In this document: in pieces, positions 55,935-64,000 of the stretch
Position numbering within the stretch: the stretch's first letter is position 1
How the letters are laid out: the number at the start of each line of letters is the position of its first letter
Source of the DNA: a virus
Length of the DNA: 64,000 nucleotides
Reading direction: 5' to 3' (one strand)
Virus record (IMG/VR): IMGVR_UViG_3300024999_000072
Coordinates: 1-64,000 of that record
The notes under the pieces: model-generated
Databases searched by the model: none
What the model was told of the DNA's origin: nothing
Seen by the model: only the letters and a program-made list of their open reading frames with translations
Translations under genes and position numbers: made by a program

Positions 55935-56556
55935 GTTATTGAAATCAACTGGCTATGAAAAATTAAAGACATCAGTTGAGAAAGATTGTGTCGGAGGTAA
56001 CGGTTGCTTTAATCCTAACGGATGCGATAAGGAGTTTACCGTAATGGTACCTTCCGAAGGAGCAATGAAAGAATATACCGACACTGTTTGCAAGATGAAT
56101 ACAAAATGTACCCACGAATACTGCGATAAATTTAAGTGGATTACTGACAGAGCAAAGCACTATGGGGAAAAACTCAGTCTTAATTGGGAGGATATTCTTA
56201 ATTCTTGGGAAGGTTCAAGGGGTTATTGGTACATGGATTATTACCAAGAAAGTAACCAACCAGAAATTAAGGGTGATAGAGTCAGGGTCTTTGAAACGGT
56301 TACGGAGATGCTTGAATCTATTGGTAAGAATGAATTTCGTTGTCCTTCTTGTAGTGGAATATCCACAAGTCCCTATAAGTGCAACACCGGTCTTGAAATG
56401 AGCAAAGGTAAAATATGTGACTGGAATGTTGGGGGGCTGTTTGGCGATTTAGGTAAGGGCGTATTCGTTTATTGTAAAGACAAGTTAGTAGGCGAAAAGA
56501 TTTTTATGCCAGTAGCATGGGAACATGTGACGGATGGGGTGGAGCAAAGTGCCTGA
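55927..56556 (+). CDS. hypothetical Cys-rich protein
   Basis: YCDKFKW, CPSC and CDW..GGL motifs. Confidence 0.65.
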   Translation: MPKLLKSTGYEKLKTSVEKDCVGGNGCFNPNGCDKEFTVMVPSEGAMKEYTDTVCKMNTKCTHEYCDKFKWITDRAKHYGEKLSLNWEDILNSWEGSRGYWYMDYYQESNQPEIKGDRVRVFETVTEMLESIGKNEFRCPSCSGISTSPYKCNTGLEMSKGKICDWNVGGLFGDLGKGVFVYCKDKLVGEKIFMPVAWEHVTDGVEQSA

Positions 56557-56749
56557 GTTGTTATTTGAAGGTCGCACGACATTATCACGCAGACCAGGCG
56601 TGAGCGTCGAAGATGCCATTGCCGTAGAGGGTTTGAAAATTGCTAAGATTCTAAGCGTTGTACAAACGACTATCATCTCAATGCCGTTAGGATCCTCGGT
56701 ATCCATAATGGTACAGGTTACTCCGCCTAAGGGAGGGCAAGGCGAATGA
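56549..56749 (+). CDS. small hypothetical protein
   Basis: GTG start after a duplicated RBS. Confidence 0.5.
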   Translation: MPELLFEGRTTLSRRPGVSVEDAIAVEGLKIAKILSVVQTTIISMPLGSSVSIMVQVTPPKGGQGE

Positions 56750-58623
56750 GCCTCCTAGATGGCCTAAATGAGCAACAACTACAAGCGGTTACGTCTGATA
56801 GTTCAACTATTTTAAATTTGGCTGGGGCAGGATCTGGTAAAACCAGAGTCCTGACCCACAGAATAACCCATCTCCACCAAGAGAAGCGAGTGGGTACCAG
56901 CAACATACTCGCCATAACGTTTACTCGTCTCGCGGCCAAGGAAATGAAAGAGCGGACCATGAAGCTCGTTGGGAAGAGCGAGGGTTACAAGCTAACGATT
57001 GGGACATTCCATAGTTTCTGCGTGCGAGTCCTCAAGGAATGGGGCCACTTGGTTTCTTTGGAGAAAAACTTCACCATCTATACCGAAGACGATCGGAGGG
57101 CGATTATTCAGTCGTGTATTGATGAATTGGGTTATAAGGTCAAGTTGCAGGATGTTATGGATAATCTCTATGTTGTCTCGCCCGATGATTCGCAAGTGGC
57201 TAAAGTAGCAGCAGAATATCGTTATCGTTTGGTCAGAAATAACGCTTTGGATCTTGATGGGTTACTAGTTTACTTGAGGGTAGTCCTAACGTTTCCCCAA
57301 GCTCAAGCAGAATTGCAAAATCGATACCGTTACGTTTTTGTTGATGAGTTTCAGGACACCAACGACATTCAGCTTGAAATTATTAGTTTGCTTAATCCGG
57401 ATAACCTTTTTGTGGTGGGAGATGATTTCCAGTCAATTTATGGGTTCCGTGGCTCCAATGTTCGAAACATCATTGAGTTTCCGAACAAGTATCCTGGATG
57501 CGAAGTTGTCAAGCTCGAGCGCAATTATCGGTCGACAAAGCAGATTGTTTCAGCTGCCGATTCGCTCATTAAGCACAATCTTAGTCAAACTGAAAAGGCG
57601 CTAATTACCGATCGTGATGGTGCGGATATAAGATACACAGTCATGCCAGACGACGGCATTGAAGCGATGAATGTTGCTGACATGATAAGTGCGGAGTTCA
57701 AGCTGACGGAAACATGGTCAGGCATCGCAGTTTTGGCGCGAACGAATCGACAGCTACAGAAGGTTAAAGATGCCTTGGATCAAAGAGATATTCCATCCCT
57801 GATCGTTTCAAGTCAAGATGATGTTTTCAAGAAACATGATATCCGAATGATTATCGCGTTTATCGAAGCGGCAATTAACCCGTTAGATGATATGAACATC
57901 CGCAAGGTGATCAACTTCCCTGAAGCAAGGGTTACTGATCTCGATATTCAAAAACTTGAGCTTGTAGCGCTAGAGCTTGGACAAAGTCTCTCGGACGTTA
58001 TGTTCATCGGAACAGAAAAGGAAAGGGACTTTCTTAAACTTTTAAGATTAACCCGCGAATCTTCCGAGGAACACGAAACCGCCCTCGAGGTAATCGAAGA
58101 AGCAATACACCAACTTGACCTTAGGTTTTATTACTACAATGAGGGCTTAAATAATCGGGCGGAAGATCTTGCAACTATGTTTATTGAGGTAGAACGATGG
58201 CAAAACGTTCAAGAGTCACTCGGGGAGCCTAACGGAATCTATTCGTTCTTGAAATGGCTCAGAATGAAGGACATTCAAGAAAAGCTAGTCCAAGAGAAAG
58301 AAAAAGATGCAGTAAAGCTCATGACGGTTCACGCATCCAAGGGCCTAGAATTTCCGGTGGTCTTTGTGATTGGGATGAATCAAGGTGTATTCCCCAGTAA
58401 GAGAACTGAGGATATAGAGGAAGAACGTCGACTATTCTACGTTGCGATCACTAGGGCAAAGGATCGGCTATATCTCACACGCCCGGAGTATAGAACGGCT
58501 TATCAGGGAGGGCCAATGGTTCTGCAAGCTGAGAGCCAATTCATTCGCGAAATTAATATTGAGCAGTCGAGAGTATCCAGTAAGCCACAAGGAAAGGCGG
58601 CGAACTTCGAATGGTTGGAGTAG
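56746..58623 (+). CDS. UvrD/PcrA-family helicase
   Basis: AGAGSGKT, VDEFQDTN, GDDFQSIYGFRG, TVHASKGLEF and YVAITRA motifs. Confidence 0.95.
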   Translation: MSLLDGLNEQQLQAVTSDSSTILNLAGAGSGKTRVLTHRITHLHQEKRVGTSNILAITFTRLAAKEMKERTMKLVGKSEGYKLTIGTFHSFCVRVLKEWGHLVSLEKNFTIYTEDDRRAIIQSCIDELGYKVKLQDVMDNLYVVSPDDSQVAKVAAEYRYRLVRNNALDLDGLLVYLRVVLTFPQAQAELQNRYRYVFVDEFQDTNDIQLEIISLLNPDNLFVVGDDFQSIYGFRGSNVRNIIEFPNKYPGCEVVKLERNYRSTKQIVSAADSLIKHNLSQTEKALITDRDGADIRYTVMPDDGIEAMNVADMISAEFKLTETWSGIAVLARTNRQLQKVKDALDQRDIPSLIVSSQDDVFKKHDIRMIIAFIEAAINPLDDMNIRKVINFPEARVTDLDIQKLELVALELGQSLSDVMFIGTEKERDFLKLLRLTRESSEEHETALEVIEEAIHQLDLRFYYYNEGLNNRAEDLATMFIEVERWQNVQESLGEPNGIYSFLKWLRMKDIQEKLVQEKEKDAVKLMTVHASKGLEFPVVFVIGMNQGVFPSKRTEDIEEERRLFYVAITRAKDRLYLTRPEYRTAYQGGPMVLQAESQFIREINIEQSRVSSKPQGKAANFEWLE

Positions 58624-58877
58624 ACTCAATCGAGGTAAAACTCAACTACTGCGCCGTGGCCGTGGCGATCCTCGCAAAATGCAACATCGAAACAGCTTTT
58701 GAAAAATTACAGCACCCTCATCCGGATAAAGTTAGAACGCATCTTACCACAGAGGATGTTGAAGATATACAAAGGTTTCGTGACGAAGGACTTTCCTACA
58801 ACGCGATAGCTAAGATTTATGACGTTTCTCGGTCTTCGATTATCTGGAGATTAGCCAGAGATGGCAAGGAGGACTAA
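58611..58877 (+). CDS. HTH protein
   Basis: GLSYNAIAKIYDVSRSSI. Confidence 0.7.
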   Translation: MVGVDSIEVKLNYCAVAVAILAKCNIETAFEKLQHPHPDKVRTHLTTEDVEDIQRFRDEGLSYNAIAKIYDVSRSSIIWRLARDGKED

Positions 58878-59860
58878 TGATGGGTGAAACAAAAATTGAG
58901 TGGTGCAGTCATACGTGGAATCCAATTTCTGGATGTACCAAAATATCTACCGGCTGTAAAAATTGTTTTGCAGAACGCATGAGTAAGCGCCTAGCCGGGC
59001 GTTGTGGGTACCCAAAAGATGATCCGTTCAAGGTGACATTGCATCCCGATAAACTTGAACAACCCTTACGATGGGCAAAGCCACGAAAGATATTCGTGAA
59101 CAGCATGAGCGATCTATTCCATGATGATGTGGATGAAAAGTTCATTGCTAAAGTGTTTGCTATCATGGATTTGGCTCGTCAGCATACCTATATGATTCTG
59201 ACAAAAAGACCGGAACGAGCAGCGAAATTGCTAAACGACGAAGATTTCCAGTTTCATATAGACTGGTTTCAGTCACAAGCAATACGAGAGTTTGGGCTAC
59301 CAGAGCCAAAAGAGATAGGACCATTCCCTTTTAAAAATGTTTGGATTGGCGTCTCTGTGGAGAATCAAGCTACAGCAGACGAGCGAATCCCGTTGCTATT
59401 ACAGATGCCGGCGGTAGTGAGGTTTATCAGTGCGGAACCACTTCTCGGAAAGTTGGATCTTTCTCGATGGCTAGGGATTTCTCGGTTTGAAGAAGGGGCG
59501 CAGTGGGTCAGAGATACAGGAGCAGATCTGGACTTGGTTATTACAGGTGGGGAGAGCGGCCCGGGCGCGCGTCCAATGCATCCGGATTGGGCACGAAGTT
59601 TGAGAGATCAATGCCAGGCGGCGGATGTACCTTATTTTTTTAAACAGTTCGGAGAATGGGCTCAGGTCGGAGAATGCGGCAATAGTTCTGACGATGCCGT
59701 GTTTTACCACAACAATAACTATCAACGTGTCAACCATAATGGGGGCATGGGATATCACGGATCCGGAGCGATTTACATGCAAAGAGTCGGCAAAGAGCAA
59801 GCTGGGCGCTTACTCGATGGTCGAACTTGGGATGAAACCCCAACGAGCAAGAATGAGTAA
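58877..59860 (+). CDS. DUF5131 (Gp37/Gp68) radical-SAM-like protein
   Basis: IEW..TWNP..GC..IS.GC.NC.A, SMSDLFH, SAEPLL, GGESG and FFKQ motifs. Confidence 0.92.
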   Translation: MMGETKIEWCSHTWNPISGCTKISTGCKNCFAERMSKRLAGRCGYPKDDPFKVTLHPDKLEQPLRWAKPRKIFVNSMSDLFHDDVDEKFIAKVFAIMDLARQHTYMILTKRPERAAKLLNDEDFQFHIDWFQSQAIREFGLPEPKEIGPFPFKNVWIGVSVENQATADERIPLLLQMPAVVRFISAEPLLGKLDLSRWLGISRFEEGAQWVRDTGADLDLVITGGESGPGARPMHPDWARSLRDQCQAADVPYFFKQFGEWAQVGECGNSSDDAVFYHNNNYQRVNHNGGMGYHGSGAIYMQRVGKEQAGRLLDGRTWDETPTSKNE

Positions 59861-61100
59861 GAAGAAACAAAGCGTATTCAAATATTCCGAGCTACAAGAA
59901 ATGCAATCGTGGGATCTCGATAAAAAGATTGAAAGCGCCAAAGAAGTAATTCTCGAAACATTTAAACAGGGTAAAAAAATTGCTCTTGCTTTTTCTGGAG
60001 GCAAAGATTCAACAGCTCTATGGCATTTAATCCTCACAACCTGTCCGGAGCAAGCTAAAAATATGGTTGTTATTTTCGGTAATACGGGTGTCGAGTACTC
60101 GGAAAGCCTCAATTTTGCCAGGAAGATCGGTAAGGATTGGGGCGGCGATAACTTCCATGAAACAAAATTAGATCGCCTAAAGGTCCCGCGTCTTAAGTAT
60201 GAAGCACAGAAAGAAACATGGGCGCTGATTGAGGAAAGCGGAGATGTCCAAAGATATCTGAATAAAAAGGGACGATTGCTTTCTAGTGACAAACTCAACG
60301 AAGCCGTTACGCCTGAAATGTGGGAAGATTTTCGCTTCCGTAAGCTTGTGTGGGAAGTAGGAACACTTGTAAGCTTTTGGTTTATTGCAGAACAATACGG
60401 ATTTCCGATCCTCGGTAAAGATGCTACGAAGCTTGATGCTCCCAGGATTAACATTAACGTGTTTCTGAAGTACAGCCCGGAACAGTCGAAGGGTAACGAC
60501 AGATATTACGAAATGCTGAGAAAGTTCCCGGATATGAGAATATCGCATAGTTGTTGTAACTTCATCAAGGAACGACCTTCGCAAAAGCTCCAAAAGAAAC
60601 TCGGATGTGACACGCTCTTTCGTGGCTTGTTAGCAAGTGAATCGAGGCGCAGGACTTTTACCTTTCTCGACTATGGATTTCTGTACAATACGGCTGACGA
60701 TTATTTGTATTCCAACCCTTTGTCGATTTGGACTGATGTTGATGTTTGGGACTATATACACAAATTCAACGTGCCCTATGCTCCGTTGTATGACCTAACG
60801 GATGATGAGGGAAATAAACTGTTTGAGCGTAATGGTTGCTATGTTTGCGGAACTGGCCTTGCTTACGAAAGAAATAACATTGAAATCCTACGCAAGTATT
60901 ACCTGCAAAAATGGACGGCTCTAATGAAATACGGCATGGCAAGGGAAATGAAAACGTTTGCCTGTGCTATCAGTGACGACATAAAGCTAAACGCCTTAGA
61001 GCATGATTGGCTATTAGATATGAGACCATGCGCATTCGATAGGTTGACACCGAGAAAGAATTTACTCGAAGACCTACAATACGGAACACTATTATTTTAA
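59853..61100 (+). CDS. PAPS/APS-reductase-family protein (Fe-S type)
   Basis: FSGGKDS, CC..IKE, ASES.RR and RNGCxxC motifs. Confidence 0.85.
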   Translation: MSKKKQSVFKYSELQEMQSWDLDKKIESAKEVILETFKQGKKIALAFSGGKDSTALWHLILTTCPEQAKNMVVIFGNTGVEYSESLNFARKIGKDWGGDNFHETKLDRLKVPRLKYEAQKETWALIEESGDVQRYLNKKGRLLSSDKLNEAVTPEMWEDFRFRKLVWEVGTLVSFWFIAEQYGFPILGKDATKLDAPRININVFLKYSPEQSKGNDRYYEMLRKFPDMRISHSCCNFIKERPSQKLQKKLGCDTLFRGLLASESRRRTFTFLDYGFLYNTADDYLYSNPLSIWTDVDVWDYIHKFNVPYAPLYDLTDDEGNKLFERNGCYVCGTGLAYERNNIEILRKYYLQKWTALMKYGMAREMKTFACAISDDIKLNALEHDWLLDMRPCAFDRLTPRKNLLEDLQYGTLLF

Positions 61101-61176
61101 GGGGTAGATCAGGTAGGGAGGCTGATCTGAGACAGATGGTAATATTTTGATTCAAGGAAGGGAAGGAGGTTAAGTC

Positions 61177-61986
61177 TTGACACTTGGCCCTGTCCTCAAA
61201 TACCCCGGCTCAAAATGGAGAATGGCTGATTGGATAGTCTCACATATGCCAAAGCATAGAACCTTCCTAGAACCCTTCTTCGGCAGTGGAGCTGTCTTAT
61301 TTAACAAAACACCAAGCCCTATTGAAACAGTTAACGATCTGGACGAAAACGTTACAAACCTTTTTAAATTAGTCCGCGACTTTCCCGAAGAATTAGCCAG
61401 AAGGATTTCCCTTACCCCTTATTCTAGGCATGAGTACGACATGACTTTTGACGGACTGGTACCTGTGGACGAATTTGAAAAGGCAAGAAGGTTTCTAGTC
61501 CGATGCTGGCAAGGCCATGGATTTAGGACAAACGGATACAAGGTTGGCTGGAAAAACGATGTTCAAGGCAGAGAGAAGGCCTACGCTTTATCAAACTGGT
61601 ACCGCCTTCCTGATTGGATCATGCAAGTAACCGAAAGACTTAAACAAGTGCAGATAGAGTGTCTACCAGCATTGGGAGTTATAAAACGCCATGCTTACGA
61701 TAACGTTTTAATCTATGCAGACCCACCATATGTTCTTAGCACCAGAACAGCCAAGCAATACAAGCACGAAATGACCGATCAGGATCACATTGAATTACTC
61801 GAGGCGCTAGACGATCACACAGGGCCAGTATTACTTAGCGGGTATGCATGTGATCTTTATGACTCAAGGTTGGAACATTGGACTCGTAAAACGTTTAAGG
61901 CCTTTGCTGAAGGAGGCAGAGAACGCGAGGAAGTACTTTGGATAAATCCAACTGCAGCTAAAATGATCGGGACAACACTGTTTTAA
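61177..61986 (+). CDS. Dam-like DNA adenine methyltransferase (D12 class)
   Basis: YPGSK, EPFFGSGAV and DPPY motifs. Confidence 0.92.
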   Translation: MTLGPVLKYPGSKWRMADWIVSHMPKHRTFLEPFFGSGAVLFNKTPSPIETVNDLDENVTNLFKLVRDFPEELARRISLTPYSRHEYDMTFDGLVPVDEFEKARRFLVRCWQGHGFRTNGYKVGWKNDVQGREKAYALSNWYRLPDWIMQVTERLKQVQIECLPALGVIKRHAYDNVLIYADPPYVLSTRTAKQYKHEMTDQDHIELLEALDDHTGPVLLSGYACDLYDSRLEHWTRKTFKAFAEGGREREEVLWINPTAAKMIGTTLF

Positions 61987-62060
61987 CAGAAACATGAAGA
62001 AGTTTTGGCAAAAAGGTTATGACACCGCAAGGGAATATCCTTATTAAAGAGGGTGATTAG

Positions 62061-62834
62061 ATGGCAAGGCCACAAAAAGAGGGTATGGACTATTTTCCAC
62101 ATGATAACGATGCTGCCAATGACGAAAAAATTGAAGCGCTCAGAGTCCTGTATGGTAACGATGGCTATGCCTTTTATTTCATCCTTCTAGAAAGGATATA
62201 CAGAACTGCTGATTTTGAGTTAGACATTTCTGACGCAGAAACTATCCAGATACTCTGCAGAAAGGTATCAGTAACAGAGGAGTTATTCAACAGAATGCTC
62301 GAAACCGCATTTAAACGAAAATGTTTTGATCAAGAAGCATACGAGCAGAGAGGGGTTTTAACGAGTTCTGGAATCAAAAGAAGGGCATCAGTAGTCCTTG
62401 AAAAGCGAGAAACCATGCGGTCTAAGTACAAAAAAGTTTCTGACGCAGAAACTACCCAAGAAACTAAGGCAGAAACGCCACAAAGTAAAGTAAAGGAAAG
62501 TAAAGTAAAGGAAAGTAAAGTAAAGGATATTAAGTCCGAAATTATTAAAAATCTGTTTGGTGAAAAAGTTCTCTTATCGGATCAAGAATATCAAAAATTG
62601 GTCAGTCAGCATGGGGAACAAGAAACCAAGCAAATGATATCGATCCTTGATAGTTGGTATTTGACCAAGGGTAATAAGCCGAACAAGTCTGATTATCACA
62701 CGATGGTTGGATCGGGATGGGTTTTAAAGCGATTCATGGAGGATCGGAAAAGACAGCGCAATAAGGACCCAGGAGATAAGCCGCCTCCACCATCCAAGAC
62801 GCCTAAGAACAAGTACGATAAATTTTATCTGTGA
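62061..62834 (+). CDS. replication initiator (DUF4373-like N-terminal domain)
   Basis: MARPQKEGMDYFPHD and LTS.GI.RR motifs; internal iterons. Confidence 0.85.
   Translation: MARPQKEGMDYFPHDNDAANDEKIEALRVLYGNDGYAFYFILLERIYRTADFELDISDAETIQILCRKVSVTEELFNRMLETAFKRKCFDQEAYEQRGVLTSSGIKRRASVVLEKRETMRSKYKKVSDAETTQETKAETPQSKVKESKVKESKVKDIKSEIIKNLFGEKVLLSDQEYQKLVSQHGEQETKQMISILDSWYLTKGNKPNKSDYHTMVGSGWVLKRFMEDRKRQRNKDPGDKPPPPSKTPKNKYDKFYL
62227..62526. repeat. probable replication origin inside the initiator gene
   Basis: TTTCTGACGCAGAAACTA at 62227 and 62437; AAAGTAAAGTAAAGG three times at 62482-62526. Confidence 0.7.
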
Positions 62835-62846
62835 GGTGGATGAGCC

Positions 62847-63263
62847 ATGAACACTTACGCAATAGATTTCTCCGGTTACAGCGGAAACGAAGTAGCCAAA
62901 ACAGCAGGTAAAGCAAAATACAGTTACTTTTTAAATCGCGAACTATCTGATTGCGGATTTAGTTTTGGATATTTTGTATCAAGGGCTAAATGCAAATTGG
63001 TCCATAAATTCCACGTTCAAGATTTGTTTACGCAAGACATCAAAGGCTTTAATCGCATGAAAGAACACCGCGACATTGAATTTGCTCACCTTGGTATGAA
63101 GGTCGAGGTTAACGGAAAACCAGGCGTAATCGTTGGATCTAACAGAAGTCTAAACCTAGACGTTTGCCTTGAAGGAGAGCATTGGCGAAGTAACTGCCAT
63201 CCATGGTGGAGGGTAAAGTATTTCGACAACAAGGGAGATTTAATCAAGGAGTACGGAGATTAA
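62847..63263 (+). CDS. hypothetical phage protein
   Basis: GKAKY, GMKVEVNGKPG and NCHP.W motifs. Confidence 0.7.
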   Translation: MNTYAIDFSGYSGNEVAKTAGKAKYSYFLNRELSDCGFSFGYFVSRAKCKLVHKFHVQDLFTQDIKGFNRMKEHRDIEFAHLGMKVEVNGKPGVIVGSNRSLNLDVCLEGEHWRSNCHPWWRVKYFDNKGDLIKEYGD

Positions 63264-63286
63264 AAATCGTCTGGCGGTGATAATCA

Positions 63287-64000
63287 ATGCCAAGAATGGG
63301 ACACGCAAACCCTCGAACATACGGAACCAAACTACTTATGCCAAAATATGAGGATACAGAAACAGCGTCTCCCGTAACCACAAGGGTGTGTGATGTCGAG
63401 CATTATGAACTAACTGGAGAGCTTAAATATATTGACGAGGGGGAAGTGGTTATGCCAAGCGTTGATACGATTGAAAATGCTAAGCGCATGAGAGCGGAGT
63501 TGAAAACCCTCGAACGGTTTGAAGCCGTGGGATCCTATAGCGATGTCGCCAAGAAATACCTAACCAGCAAAACGACGTCTCATGCACACTTGATGCACCT
63601 CAGGCATTTGGCAACTGAGCAGGAGAAGAAGGTGAAGGAGGAAAGGCAAATGATAAATAAGGCTATTGGGGCATGCAAACCAGAGGTTGAGGAAACCGCA
63701 GATATCGCGCCAGAGGATAAAACAACAACTTCTGACGAGTCTAAGGGCACAGTTGCAGTAGATTGTCTGAAAGAGGGCAAGGAAGAGGCTGAAAATTCCA
63801 TCGTAACAGACTACAGGGAATCGTTTGGTGAGGATCTTAGGATCCCTGCGGATGAGCCAGAGGATAAGGAATTGTATGAGCATGTGGAACACGCGGATGA
63901 ACCTTTATCCGAGGAAACGCTCAAGAAAATCAACGACAGAGTTGAGGAGGTTCTGACCAAAAAGAACGAAGCGGATTTAGTCGGGCCTATTGAAGTCCAT
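63287..64000 (+). CDS. hypothetical protein, truncated by the window end
   Basis: Reading frame from MPRMGHANP...; appears to run off the window. Confidence 0.5.
   Translation, partial: MPRMGHANPRTYGTKLLMPKYEDTETASPVTTRVCDVEHYELTGELKYIDEGEVVMPSVDTIENAKRMRAELKTLERFEAVGSYSDVAKKYLTSKTTSHAHLMHLRHLATEQEKKVKEERQMINKAIGACKPEVEETADIAPEDKTTTSDESKGTVAVDCLKEGKEEAENSIVTDYRESFGEDLRIPADEPEDKELYEHVEHADEPLSEETLKKINDRVEEVLTKKNEADLVGPIEVH

Noticed and set aside
53730-58623. Gabija (ATPase + UvrD) defence system
   Set aside because: The ATPase has a long coiled coil and no TOPRIM domain, and it sits in the lytic early operon
62482-62526. CRISPR-like or VNTR repeat
   Set aside because: Spacer-less in-frame repeat in the initiator linker, typical of phage origins
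1-64000. tRNA, rRNA, CRISPR array or IS transposase
   Set aside because: None recognised by eye; tRNAscan/Rfam/ISEScan would be needed to exclude them fully

Overview
The whole window is phage DNA: about 64 kb of a temperate, contractile-tailed phage with an HK97-type head and a PBSX/Xkd-type tail. The host is inferred to be a spore-forming Clostridia-class bacterium. The sequence starts at terS, and no host DNA lies next to the integrase, so it looks like the excised/virion form. Layout: head and tail (55-19718); a tail-fibre-linked XerD-like recombinase region (18110-22950); lysis (23258-25376); a large leftward accessory region (25426-40213); attP/integrase/immunity (41000-43227); early, recombination, modification and replication genes (43414-end). 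The most interesting signals are: (1) an operon of RHH, FtsK/SpoIIIE ATPase, Replic_Relax protein, SpoIIIAC-like membrane protein, SpoIIIAC-like-TM + degenerate LytM (SpoIIQ-like) protein and a membrane protein, in a genome that also has two Spo0A C-terminal-domain genes and about seven sigma-H-like promoters, which suggests a sporulation-coupled phage DNA transfer system; (2) a twister-sister self-cleaving ribozyme inside a repressor-terminated operon encoding a SNF2 helicase, IbrA/IbrB-like proteins and a minimal amino-methyltransferase; (3) Xer-like direct-repeat sites inside and after the tail fibre gene beside a XerD-like recombinase, which suggests integron-like swapping of receptor-binding cassettes. 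All family assignments come from motif recognition by eye; no searches were run.
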